Shown here in pieces: positions 1-12,281 of a stretch of 64,000 nucleotides of DNA (its first letter is position 1; the number at the start of each line of letters is the position of its first letter). The notes below the pieces were generated by a model. It was given only the letters and a program-made list of their open reading frames with translations. It ran no database searches and was not told where the DNA came from. Source of the DNA: Camelus dromedarius (Eukaryota); contig NC_087469.1 in NCBI RefSeq assembly GCF_036321535.1, positions 17,050,001-17,114,000 of the forward strand, given 5' to 3'. The position numbers and the translations under genes were made by a program.

Positions 1-101
1 TCCCCCTCCCCTTTGGTAACCACTAGATTGTTCTCTGTATCTGTGGCTCTGTTTCTCATTCGCATATACATTTGTTTGTATTATTTTTAGATTCCACATG
101 T
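1..101 (-). mobile_element. L1 3' end fragment (artiodactyl/L1MA-like), truncated by window edge
   Basis: ccctttggtaaccac...ttctctgtatctgtg...tttagattccacat is the reverse complement of the typical mammalian L1 3' UTR. Confidence 0.8.
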
Positions 102-109
102 TGAAAACA

Positions 110-620
110 TTTTTGAAAATTGAGCTATCACACACACAGAGTACACAGATCTTACGTGTGTGGCTCCCTGGACGTTTATAAAGCTGCAAACCCATGTAAC
201 TCCCCCCAGGTCAGGGCAGAGAACACGTCCAGCGCCTCAGAACGCTCCCTCCTCCACTGCCCAGGCAGTACCATGTGCCGACGTTAGACAGGATTCTGAT
301 TTATGTCACTATAGGTTAGTTTAGCCTCTTCTCAAAAACAGTAGAAATGGAATCAGAAATTCTACTTCTAAGAACACACCCAGTAAAATTGAAAATATAC
401 GATCATACAAAATCTTACATATGAATGTAACCTAGCAGCCTTATATGTGATAGTCAAAAACTGGAAACAGCCCAAAATAGTCATCAGCTAGAGAATGGAT
501 AAATAAAAGGTGTTACATTCATACAACACAGCAACAGATCAGTAACAACTGCCAGGTAGGCAACATGCTTGAATTCCAGACAAAATTTCCAGTGACAGAA
601 GCCAGACACCGTAGATGAAT
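110..620 (-). mobile_element. Old L1 (L1MC/MD/ME-like) with an internal inversion
   Basis: 110-350 is L1 3' UTR on the - strand; 352-620 is the adjoining ORF2-end region (caaaaactggaaacagcccaaa...gaatggataaa...agaagccagacac) on the + strand. Confidence 0.7.
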
Positions 621-1134
621 AAAGTACTTCTCTTCCATTACGTTCATCCTGTGATTAATATTTTACCTCTTACGTGTTCCTTGTTCAGTCAGACCCTCTA
701 ATCTTTTTTTTTAAAAGAATGTTTACAACCTCAGTTAAAGAAGACCGGGTGTCATTTATAAATTCTGAGTACTGTAAGTGCGCCCCACCCATAAAAGCTG
801 GATATTTTAAAATATGGTCTAACATAGACAAATACAGGTAATTAAAATGTAAAAGTACCAGCAGTACACATTGCTGAATATACGACATGTCTACCACCGT
901 AAGCTAATTGATCTCTGAGACAAACTAACTTGGGAAAGTGGGCCGTTTACCTATGGCTGAGGTCCCCAGTCTGAGGCTGGACAGAGCTGCACTCTCTCTT
1001 AACCCACCGTGTGCAGCTCAGTCCTGGATCTTGGAATTGTGCATGGACTTTCTGCTTGTAATAAGAGCTATTTTTATATCCTCCTTTGCTGAATGCCCTG
1101 ATTAACTAGAAGTGGAATTAAGGTGTCTAAAATT

Positions 1135-1330
1135 ACTTTATTTTTTAAATATATTTTTATTGAAGTACAGTCAGTTTACAATGTTGTGTCAATTCTGGTG
1201 CACAGCACAATACGTCAGTCACGTAGGAACATACATACATTCGTTCTCATACTCTTCACCATAGGTTGCTACAAGATACCGAATATGGTTCCCTGTGTTG
1301 TACAGTATAAACTTGTTTATCTATTCTAAA
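1135..1330 (-). mobile_element. Camelid-type L1 3' end fragment
   Basis: ttttattgaagtacagtcagtttacaatgttgtgtcaattctggtg...ggttccctgtgttgtacag; same tail recurs many times in the window. Confidence 0.8.
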
Positions 1331-1613
1331 ATTATTTTAGATGGAGAATTCAAATCCTGGAGAGACTATTAGGACTAAAACTAGAGTTTAGGATCAGCAA
1401 AGAAAAAAACTGTCCCTCTATCTGCTTTACTATTTCAGGAAAAAGTAGCAACTAGAGACACTTCTGACACAGAATTGGGGTCAAGGAGCCCCCGGGGCGG
1501 AGCAGAGGGGAACTTGTTAGCCACTGAGGGGAATTCCTTAAACGTGTGCATTGAACAGCAGCGGGAGCTCGTCTGTGCCCAGGTGATGCTCTGAGACCGC
1601 GCGGACTTTCTCC

Positions 1614-1632
1614 TGCCACTAGGGGGAGACGT
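1614..1632 (+). promoter_or_regulatory. CTCF-like motif 1
   Basis: tgCCACTAGGGGGAGac, close to the CTCF core CCASYAGRKGGCRS, inside a local CpG-rich patch (~1480-1860). Confidence 0.6.
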
Positions 1633-1664
1633 GACTCCACAGCGTAGACGCAGCTCTGCCTTTG

Positions 1665-1683
1665 GTCCGGCAGGGGGCAGTGC
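1665..1683 (+). promoter_or_regulatory. CTCF-like motif 2
   Basis: gtCCGGCAGGGGGCAGtgc, strong CTCF core, same orientation as motif 1 and 51 bp away. Confidence 0.65.
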
Positions 1684-2221
1684 CGGCCACACCGCCGGCC
1701 CGAGACAGCGCGGCTCCCGGAGAATCTGCTCCTGACTCCGGGCAGGGTCGCTCCAAAGCCAAGCCGGCTTGGCCCTAAAGCTCCGTCAGGCGCCGGGCTC
1801 GACGGCTAGGAGGTGAAAAACTCGGGAGAACGCAGAGAAGGCCTGTTGGCCATCTACACTCTACGTGATTATCGACTCACTTCCCTTGCTCATGAAACTT
1901 CTGTTAACTTTTGACAGGTGATTGGGACTGTCTATATTTAGAGTAACCAAAGCCACAGGACACATGAGATGGTTAGGGTTACCCTCCCGGACCTTAGATA
2001 TTTCCTGACCTTAGTATGTTTTCATATCAGCCTTCTTCATATTGATTTATCTCGGTTCTATCAAGTGCTGAGCATTTTTTTTTAAATGTGGGGGAGAAAT
2101 GAAAAACAGACCCTTCTAAAACCGTAACACCCCCCCCCCACCTTTTTGTTTCTTGACAACTATAACTGGGGTCAGGGAGGAATCATTGTCCAGCAGAAGG
2201 TATGGCGAACTTGGACTCAGA

Positions 2222-2355
2222 AGACCTGGGTCTGAGACTAGGATCTGAAACCTCATGGGCTGTGAACCACTTACCCTGTTTCCTCCTCTGTGAAACATAA
2301 GTGATGAGACGCCCTTCTTCCCTCACAGGACTTTTGTCGGCCTCCCGTAACGTCA
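2222..2355 (+). mobile_element. MIR SINE fragment
   Basis: gacctgggt...tgtgaaccacttaccctgtttcctcctctgtgaaa resembles the MIR core. Confidence 0.55.
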
Positions 2356-2719
2356 GGCGCTTGGACATTTTCTGTAAATGGAAGTGTTCTGCACATGTAA
2401 GATATTGAAATGCACTTTATAGTTTTGAACTTAAATGCAATGTTTTTGAGGGAAAATGATAAATGTTCATTGTAAGGCACTGCAAACAATACTCAAAAGG
2501 ACAGAAAGGAAAGTGAGTCCTTCAGAATTCTGCTATCAAGAAAGTGTCACTGTTACTATTTGAACATGGCTTCACACAACTCTGTATGTGCATATCCACT
2601 ATCAACTAGCATACATACATAATGTTTCAAAAATTAAATTATATGATACAGTCTAGTATTTAAATGCTTTTTTCCTCCCGCTCGACATTGCATGATAGCT
2701 AACATTTACTGGTCTTTAA

Positions 2720-3000
2720 CAATGTGTCAGGCATTGTCTAAGCCTTTTAAGCCAATCCTTCTTTAATATCACAGCAGTGGCATCCAGTATGTACTTTAAA
2801 AAAAAAATTTTTTTTTTAGGGGGTAGGTAATTATTTACTTGTTTGAATGGAGGTCCTGGGGACTGAACCCAGGACGCTGCGCATGCTGAGCAGGCAGTCT
2901 ACCACTGAGCTGTACCCTCCCCCCTTGGGTATGTACTTTTATTGTAAAGACAGGGAACGGAGGTTCAGAGAGCTAAAATAACAGGCTTTACAATTTCCTG
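2720..3000 (-). mobile_element. MIR fragment interrupted by a Vic-1 SINE
   Basis: gtgtcaggcattgtctaagc... continues after the SINE as ...agacagggaacggaggttcagagagctaaaataac. Confidence 0.55.
2798..2928 (-). mobile_element. Vic-1-type tRNA-derived SINE
   Basis: Reverse of ggggggagggtacagctcagtggtagac...gtcctgggttcagtccccaggacctcca; 11 bp TSD gtatgtacttt at 2787-2797 and 2929-2939. Confidence 0.9.
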
Positions 3001-3106
3001 CAATTTTAAGAAATCTTACAACTAACATATTTGCTTCTGCTTATGGCTTTTCCTACTTCTGTTACGATCTCTTTAGCACCCTGCTTGTTAGTAGCCAAAG
3101 CAAGAG

Positions 3107-3232
3107 GGCTGCTTGTTTTAAAATGTCAGTTCTCACACCTACAGGTCTCTGGGGAAGAGACTTAGGAGCTGGAAATTTTTAAACAAGCTCTTCCTGGAGG
3201 TTGTTATGTGCATGATCGTGTTTAAGAACCAC
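3107..3232. mobile_element. MER5-like hAT-Charlie fragment
   Basis: ttttaaaatgtcagttctc...ggaaatttttaaacaagctcttcctggagg...gtttaagaaccac. Confidence 0.55.
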
Positions 3233-6200
3233 AACCCCGGTTTAAATTCTTAGGTTGGGATTGCTGGGTCGATGTTGAATTTGAGACATAAGGCCAAACT
3301 GCACTCCAGAAATGTCAACCAGTTTACATTGCTACAAATTGTGTGTGACTAATTTAGGCTCTTTGGTTTGGATCTCTCTGTATTCCACAATATTACCTTG
3401 TAGATGGCTTCCTAGTTTGTCATCGGGACAGCAACCTACTCATAGGCTATTTAGCGTGCGCGTGCGTGTGAGCTCAAGTTTGAATCTGAGGTTGAGCACT
3501 TTTCCTCAAGTGTGTTCATTACTCTGAGGTTCAGGCCCCTGTCTGTGCATTCTGCTCAGTGCCACTGTCTCTTTCTCTCCCATCTCTTTAGCACCTTCCC
3601 TCACGTGCCATTCCTTTCTGGTCTCCAAGCTACTATCTTCAGGGCTGTAAAACCTACTTTTCTAAAATTAGAGTGGACAAATGGTATAAACTCTGCATAA
3701 TTAGTACTTCTAGGTAGAAAACAAACTCTGGTTCTTTCCACAAGAAGTCAGCTATAACCCGCCCTCCACTCACTGTCTGATTTCCCTAATTTATCCTAGT
3801 CTTAAGCCAGAGTCCGACTGAATTCCCCCAAAAGTCTCCATCCTACCAACTTCCAGTCTCCCCATGTCAAAACGAAAATCCTCCCTCTTGACTGCGTGAA
3901 CATCTTTCCTTCCCTGGACCCCAAATTTTATAAAGCAAGATTCTCCTCCTACTAAAGTTCTAAATAAAACTCTTTTTTGAAAACCATCTTCCTCCTACGT
4001 AACAAGCTGGATTTCTCTGAATTCCTTCATCCTTGAAGTAAAGAGCTATTTTCTCTCCTAAAGGAGACAGAGAGACTTTTTGGAAAAAAACCAATTCTTC
4101 AACAACGAACCTTTAGCAGTTGAGCTACAGACATTTCACAAGTTACACACAGACATCAGCCTGAGAGATCACGTACTGTGAAATATTCAGTAGGAGGGTG
4201 AGTCATCGCGGACTTGATATAAAGTTTACATTATTCAGTTATGACAATAATTATTTCTAATTGTCTGTGTCTTTTTCAAAAAAAACCTTGCAAATCTCTG
4301 CGCAGAGAATAGAGCGATGTAAAGTTAGACAGAGGTAGATTATCTGTATTTCATGTCGCCGAAAAGAATATGAAAGTGTTTTCTCTTTCCATCGCATCTA
4401 TGCGAGTGACAGCTTGCGATCTAATGCAGTTTTCTGAACCAAATCATTTTATAAATTGTTTTGGATCAGAGGATTTTTAGTCCATGAGTGAGAACATGAA
4501 TGCGAAAGGAAAACGGGTTAATATGAGCAGCACGTTGGTCTGGGATCGGAAAATTTCTCTTCCCTTCTCGGAGCGTTTCTTTCTCCTTGAGGTTGTCTCT
4601 ATGCGATCCAGAAAAACAGTGATTTGAAATTTCAAATATTCATTGATGATTTCATATTAGACTGAAAAAAATGAAAGGATTGTATTGCTTTGATTTTATA
4701 GAGAAGCATTCTGTGCAACAGCGATTCAGAGGAAAAAGCTGTATTCACCTACATTTGGTCTTTCAAGTAATGTATCAGATTTCCTTAAAGTGAGGACACA
4801 GACCAACAGGAATGCTAGTAAATTCCTGGGGAATAAACACTGCTCGGCGATTTCTAGCACTGCTGCTTTTATTTTTCAACATTTAGCAAACACCAGTCTG
4901 GCTTAATTCTGGCGTGGTCCCAACCTTGTGAACGTGGAATTCAAGCGAGCACAGAATTGCCTCAGAAACACGGCTAAGCCATCTCCATCCCCGTGACATT
5001 TTGGACTGAAGATCTGTCAGAACACCTTCCAAACATTAACTGATAAAAATCACAGCCTCTTTCAGGAACTGGTTTCAGAGAAGAAAACCAAAACCTTTTG
5101 AGCTATATCCACTTACTGTCTACCCTGAGAAAACAACCCATTGTTCTGCTGCACAAATGACTAATTTGACTAATTTTTTCCCCCTGGCTTGGCAGAATCT
5201 TTTATTGAACTGATTGAAATGACCAGATGTTTTGGCGGCTTATGTAGACATAATCTAAGAGACCCAGTAATTGACTAAAGTAAACGTATCAGGATGTGGA
5301 CTGGCAATAGAACTGGGGATTCTCTGTTCTGTGATGACTTCAAATCCCTTTTTAAAAGGCAGGCTGCTTGTGTAATTGAAATGCATAGACTCTGGCACCA
5401 TCTCATTCATTTACTTTGGTAATTTATAGCCTGTTTTGATCTGAGCATCCCTGTAATTCTGAAGGAAAAGCTTCAGCATCCAAGCTCTATGAGAATGCTC
5501 TGTGAGGCTATCTGCTGAAGGCACGATGAAGTCACTCTCCGCATAAAAGCCCCCAGATGGAAAGACTGGAGCAGAATTTCGTTTCATTCAGATTATCTAG
5601 AAAATGATACCTTTGCATTTTTCTTAAGTTTTTGAGTGTTTTCTATGGGAATGCTTAATACCAGAGTTTTCCATGTTATTTTTTGGTTCTCTCTCTTTTT
5701 TTTTTTTTTTTTTTGCCTTGAGCAAACATTTGCTGTGTTCTAATTGCTAATGATGATGAAAATACTCATTATAAATAAGTCACAGAGGTCAACTTTCCTT
5801 TAATAAGCCTATCACCAGAAGAAATGTTTCAAATTACGGTTTATTCCTTAGAAAAGGAAGCAGGCTCCATGTCTTTCCACGCCTAAAAGCCTGCTAACCT
5901 AGGCTGAGCACAGGACGCAAAGATACAACAAATGTCAGACTTTGGGCTGGAAGACTCAGCTTCATTTTTCTCCCCTCTTCTAAGGTTGAGGATTCCTCTT
6001 GACTTTGTTTAGTAAACAGGTTTTCAAATGTCTCTTCTTTTATTTCCCCTCCTTTTTTTCATTCTCCTTTCCTACCCATCTCTTCATTCCAATATTGAAA
6101 AAGTAAGTTTACAGAATCTGGGCACAGGCAGGTGTGCAAACACACAACAGCTCCTTTAGACCCAGACAGGTGATTAGCACTTGGATCCAGGAGTTTGTGC

Positions 6201-7235
6201 AAACTTCCTCTTCCTTAGGGACTTGGAGAGCAGAGACCATTGCGTCCTCTGACTGGCACTCTGCACCCAGTGTTCTCGGTAAATGAGGTTCTGTGCAAGC
6301 ATCTAACAACAGTCAGGTCAGCAGGTTAGTCATTCAGAGCGCTCCGCAGGCCAGCCCTGTGCCCCTTCATGTGGGCAGAAGGCAGACTGGCTCCACGAGT
6401 CTCTCCCTTTGCCGGGTGACACAGGAACCTTCTCGTCCTTGATAATGGCCAACCGACCGCTTGTTCTTTTGAAATCCTGCCTCGCTGGGTAGGTTGCTGG
6501 CCGGCCCTGCGTTAGGGAAGATTACTGAGAACTCACATGAAACCTAACCGAGGCCTGCTTGAGGCCGAGGACAGAATAAAAATACTTCATGGGATGAGTT
6601 GGCTGTGATGTCACCCAGTGGGGGCAGGATCATGGCATTTTTTTCCTGCAGACACCACCACATGACAACTATAAACGCGCCCGTCTCTTGTGAAGTGTTG
6701 TTGGGATGATTGACGCCTGCAGATGTGCTGAGTCCGTGGCCGCAGGTGCCAGATGTTAAGGAGCACTTAGGGACTCTTGGTGGCCAGGGCTGTTTCCTTA
6801 AGTTAACAGCAGTCCCTCACTCTGCTGCTAGCTCCTCCCACTCTTTGTATCTCGGTGGTTTCTGGGTTCTGAAAGTGGAGCAAAACCCAACCTCAAACAT
6901 GCATGAAACAGTAGCGCTCTGATGCTTTTTTTTTTTAATGCAGTTTCCTTTTGTAATGGCTTTTGATAGCAAATTGCATAATTTATTGAGGTCAAAATAA
7001 AGGCAGCGAGAAGACCGGCATTTCATGAGTTAGCGTGGGGCACACCATCCTCCGTGGAGTCCTCCAGCAAACCTGAGCTGGCCATCCTCACGCCGGGTTA
7101 TGGCTGAAGACCAGAGGGCAGGGAAGTTACTAAGTGATTGGGCTGGGAATGGAAAACAGGTTTGCCTGACTCAAAAGTTCTTTCCACTTACCCCAGACAA
7201 CCAGGCCATCACTCCATTACAAATTTAAAAGTAGT

Positions 7236-7380
7236 GGGGTGTAGAGCTCAGTGGTTGCTTGGCATGCACAAGGTCCTGGGTTCAACCCCCAGTACCTCCA
7301 TCAAATAAAAACAAACAAACAAAACTAATTTCCCCCTTCCAAAACAAACAAACAAAAAAAAAACACAAACAAAAAATAAA
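7236..7380 (+). mobile_element. Vic-1-type SINE
   Basis: ggggtgtagagctcagtgg...gcatgcacaaggtcctgggttcaacccccagtacctcca followed by an A-rich tail; an L1 3' UTR scrap follows at ~7425-7495. Confidence 0.85.
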
Positions 7381-9208
7381 AGAGGTTAAAGTTATTTTAA
7401 AAAGAATTTTTAAAAACCCATTCTGTATAAATTTGGGGGTTTGAGATTTGCAAATGTTAACCACTATATAAAAAAAAAACAGATAAAAAACAAACAAAGC
7501 CGTTCTCTAAAAAAAAAAGTGATTCTCCTGTCTTATGACAGCTTTCTCATTAGTAAGGGGTATCATATACAAAAAAAAAAAAAAAGCCTAAAGCAGTGAT
7601 GCTGCAAACATGCATATCTATTTCTATAATATTATGAAAAAGATGGGAGTGATCACATTTTATTTTCCTGTCTGTTACCAGGTGGGATAACTGAGGCACA
7701 TGGGCAAAAATCAGGCTGTTTAATGTCAGGATGGCACAATTTAAAAAGGTAGGTAATCAGCACAGCAAATCGTTTCATTTTTTTAACACATGGTTTTAAT
7801 CTGTGTACCAAGCTTCTCAAAATTTGCAAACATTTGGATGATTCACCGCAGTGTCACTCTTCACGTAAAGGCTGAGAGCTCTGTAGGTACAGCCATTATC
7901 TTTCTTTTTTTTTCCCCCAGTTTAAACTTTTCCTCCAGATATTTTGAGAAAGCAGGACCTATTCAGACATTTCCAAGCCCATCTGTCAAGTGGACTACAT
8001 TTGTGCCCTCTCTTTAAAAAGATACTCTACAGTGGATGAGAGCAGTTTTTGTAAATTAATATCATCATTAAAAAGAAGCCGGTTTCCTTGTCCCCCTCCT
8101 CTGACTTCTTGTGCAAGGCGGCCAGGCTGGGCTCCGAGGGCAGCAGTTTTGGTCTGGCCCTGGGGCCCAGGGGAATATTAACTTACAAGGCTTTCCCTAT
8201 TTTGCTTTTACATGTCTGAAACTATTTCAAAACTTAGCGACTGAAGTACAGGTTATTAAACACACTCTACTGGAGTGTAAGGAACGCCTTCGCTCCCCTC
8301 CCCCCACTTGGAGAAAAGATGTTTGGGAATGAATTTGTGTGCTTTTAAGACTTACACCCTGTCTGCTTAGGGCATCTGCATTGACAGGTAGCCCAAGATG
8401 ATAAAAGGAGAGTTAAAATGAAGCTGAGTTCACTCATCTGGGGTTAGATCCTGAATGCTGTTTAAATGCCACCCTAGGACGTTTAAGTACCATTCTGTCT
8501 CATTACGTGTCATGCGTTTCAGTCGTGTGGAGATACTGGGTGTGAGCTGGAACGGGAAAGAGGATTCTCTGGTTTCTCGTCGTCAGAACCTTTTAACTTT
8601 GCCCAGGTGTCCGTGCCCCCTTCTTTCTGGCTGGGCGCTACCCCCAGGAATCAGGTGCCAGATTGGGGTGTGGGGGACTGATCTCCTGAAGCCTCCAGGG
8701 GCTGTGAATTTTCATCCCCTTCCATGCCTGCCCGAGCAAGTGCGGCTGGGTGCAGCCGGGTCTTTTCCTCTCCGTGTGTGTTCCTCCCAGTAGAGGGGCA
8801 GACGCTGCCTGGTACAGTCACAGGAGACTGGGAAGTGTCTGTGGGTCTCCAGCAGCTGGATAAGGTTTGAGGCTCTTTGGCAGATGTTTGCTGTTCCAGC
8901 CACTTCATTAATGTTGGAAACTAAACCCCTGACTGTTCCTCACCAAAGCCCCGCTTCATGACTGACAGCTGGGGTGTGCTTCCTCCCACAGACGCCCTGT
9001 GCAGTCTGAGATCAGGAGAGAGGGCGTGAAAAGAGAGAGACATGGGAGCAAAATGGGAATTGGGCTAGATGCTGAAAAACCAAAAGTATAAAGGAAGGAG
9101 AGATTCATTTAAGTAGAGAGACAAACTCAGCACAGCTAGGGAAGATCTGGATTCCCACCACGGGCCTGGGTCGTTCACACACACCACATAGGTATCCCAG
9201 CTCCGGTG

Positions 9209-9490
9209 CATTAATTCCTTCATGACACACTTACTGAGAACCTACTATGCCAGGCGCTATGCAGATTCAGCAGGCATTGCCCAGAGGGTGAAAGAAACAA
9301 TACAGTAAAGGGGCCGCTAAGATAGAGGTAGGGACAGCATTAACAGACTTGGGGAATGGGGACATTTCTCCCAGAGGAGGTGACATTTGAGATGGGCCTT
9401 GAATTAGTTTTTCAGGCAGCGAAGGAGGGAGAGGATGGGGTGCAGTGGGCCTTCCCACTGAAGGCAAGAGCTGTGTAAAGGCATGGATTG
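9209..9490 (-). mobile_element. L2 3' fragment
   Basis: cattaattccttcatgacacacttactgagaacctactatgccaggc...gaggaggtgacatttgagatgggccttgaa is the reverse L2 3' end. Confidence 0.7.
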
Positions 9491-12094
9491 TGAAAGACCA
9501 AACTTGTGAAGTAGGTTTTATGATTATCCTTTGCAAAGAAAAAAACTGAGGCTCAGCTTTGATCATAAGCGACAGAGAACCGGAGGCTGCAGGCTCCAAG
9601 GTCGGGATCTCCCTCCGCGGTTGCTGGGGGACTTGGCCCTCTGAGATTTCTTGCCTCTATGGTAGGAACTAGGACAGATGCAAAATCCAAGAAGCTGTTG
9701 TTTAACTTGTTATTCAGATATTTAAAACACCGCAGATTTCAAACCAAAAGGCCAGTTGCGGGGGAGTCTGAGCGACTGCGGTGCCTGTGGTTGCGTGGAC
9801 GCGAGGAGAAGAGAAGGCCGGAGGGCGCGGCGGGTGGAGGCGAGGCCGGTTCCCGCCGGCCGGTGGCTGGGGCTTCGGCGCGGTCCCCGCCTGCGAGCTG
9901 CCTGCGGCGGTCCGGGTGGCAGCGCCGCGACTCCGGGGCGCAGGAGTGCGGCTCTAGATCCGGGTCTGAAGAGAGGGAAAGAAGAAAGGAAAGAAAGAAA
10001 AAGAGAAACCAGGATGGAAGATGAGGAGAAGGAGAGATGGGGCAGTTCGACCGAGCAGAGGAGGCCGCCAATTGGGCTGGGGAAGGAGAAACCGGCGAAA
10101 GAGGAGGGAAAGGGCTAGTGGCGGTGAAAAAGGAACGGGAAGAGCCTGGGGTGGGGGATACATCTAGAGGAGAAAGAGGAAGAGGAAATCTAGAGGAGGA
10201 AGAGGCAGGTGGGGCAAGGCCAGGCCTTAACAGCAAACGGGGTGCGCGCATCCCGTGAGGGCCCGACAGTGTCCAAACGGCTAACGCTCAGTCCCTCCCC
10301 AGGGTCGCCGGATGCGACGCAGAGATCCAGGGGTCGCTCCCACGCCGCGCCCTCCAATCCACACCTCCCAACACTTAGTTTCCCAGCTATGCCTAGGGCG
10401 CTGCACTTCCCAGAGGGAAATGTAACTCCCCAACCTACCATGTCCTCCACGCGAACGCCGCGCCCCTGGGACGGTCCCCGGCTCGTGGCGCAGCGGGTCT
10501 TTGCTCTTCTCTCACCCAGGAGGACCTCCCGTTCGTGGCGCCGGGCTGCGCTGCCGGGCTGAGCCCGGAGCTTCCTCGGCCCGGCGCCGGGCGGCGAACA
10601 GGCCGTGGGAGCCGCCGCCACGGCGGGGGGCGCGCCCAGGCCCAGCGCGGCGACCTCCGGGCCCTGCGGCGGGATGCGCGCCACCACCGGGACACCTGGC
10701 CGCAGCTCTCGCGGGAAGAGAATTAGCCCAAAGAGATAAAATGAGAACAAATTAAAACCGCTCTACATGGTAAACGAAAACTATTCTAAATGGAGAGGAG
10801 AGGCGAGGAGCCAGGGCGCACGCAAACACCTCGGGAACGAAGTTCCTCAAAGGCGCGTCGCAGACCACGTCTAATGCTTGGCTCTGATTCGGTTTATTAC
10901 TATTTTCTCTAAGTGCCCAATTATTAGTTCTCCAGGTGGGTCCCTTCTGAGTTGAAACACGGGCCCAGGCGCGCGCGTCCACTTGTGTCCGCGGCGACTC
11001 GGGCTCCAGGGCGAGCAGCTCCGCAGCAAGCCTGCGGCGACCTGGGGCGGAAAGATGTCACCAGCCCCAGACTCGGTCTTGGAGAAGGCCATCGCGTCTG
11101 CAATTCTCAGTCTCCCTACCGTGCGTTTCCCTTCCCGTCCCGCGCACACGGGTTCCCAGACCAAATCGCGCGAAACCAGCCGCACCTGGCAGTTTCCGCC
11201 GACCCGGGGCGCGGGGCAGGACGCGCACTGCGGGACGGTGTCGGCGCCGAGGCTGGGTGGGGGTCTCCTCAACCAAAAATTCCGACTGAAAACGAAAGTT
11301 CGTTCAGATACTGACTGGATCAGACTCGGAGGCTACATGTCTAGGAAGCAGAAAATTAAACCACCTAAAAAAAACGTGTCTTCGCGGCCCCTGGACCCCT
11401 ATGCGTCGTCAGGAGCCTGGGGCACGAAAGCCGTGGTGCCCCAGTATCCGGCGCCAGAAATCGCGACAGGGGTGACTGCCCGAGGGCCGGCCGAACCCAG
11501 CAGTCGCGCCGCGCCGGCCCTTTCAGCGATGAAAACAAGTTTATAGACAGACTTAAAGAATAAAAAAGAACACATGCTTTTGTTGATTCCTTTTAAAAAA
11601 AAATCCCCGCTTACTTTTGGAATAAAGGACTGGGCAAGGGTCGACAGTCTGTGATCTCCCGGGGGCCGTAAAGTTCTCCACCTCCGCGCACACGCCGGGT
11701 GCCGGAGCGCGCGGGCTGCGAGCGAGGCCGCCGTCCTCGGGAAACGGCCCGCAGGGGTCGACGCGGGGAGGGAGGAAGGCAGCCGGGTCCTCTGAGGGCG
11801 CCGGCCCGGGAGGCCGCAGCCTCGGGAGGTTCTGGGAGGACTTGACTTCTTTCTAGCAAGAGACCTGGACGTGCCCGCCCGCCAGGTGCCGGCGGTGGGA
11901 GCCGGGCCGGGAGCGCGGCCTGCCCGGTGTCAGGGCGCTGCGGGGGCTCCGCCGGGGCAGCGGCCCGGGAGGGCCTAATTGGCGGGGGCGGCGCGCGCTC
12001 CCCGCACGGCGCGCACACACGGGCGCGCACACTCAGCACACACACCTGGAGCTCGTCCCAGGAGGGGGGCGGGGAGGAGAGCCAAAGCGAGAGT

Positions 12095-12104
12095 CTTAAA
12101 ATAG
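12095..12104. promoter_or_regulatory. MEF2-like site
   Basis: CTTAAAATAG (reverse CTATTTTAAG), one mismatch to YTAWWWWTAR, an isolated AT-rich box inside GC-rich DNA. Confidence 0.4.
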
Positions 12105-12281
12105 GCAGGCAGAGGAGCGCGAGCCACTGAGAGGCGGGAGGAGGCGAGCGAGAGCGGCGGGCACGAGGCGCGCAGGTCCGCGCCGGGGTGGCACAGGCGG
12201 GCTGGGCGGGGTGGGCGCCGACGCCCCTCGGCGGCCGACTCTCCGCGCGGCTCCGCCGCCGGCCGTGCAGGAAGCGCGCGC

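Noticed and set aside
3300-4100. Possible decayed ERV internal sequence
   Set aside because: C-rich and vaguely gag-like, but no translatable motif or flanking LTRs could be identified.
5117-5124. Possible 8 nt - strand microexon (ttctcAG|ggtagaca|GTAAGT)
   Set aside because: Not a multiple of three, short polypyrimidine tract and no host reading frame known; the AG may be incidental to a donor-like site.
5331-5445. C/D box snoRNA-like GTGATGA...CTGA (similar at ~16757-16880)
   Set aside because: No terminal stem and no recognisable rRNA/snRNA antisense element; such box pairs are common by chance.
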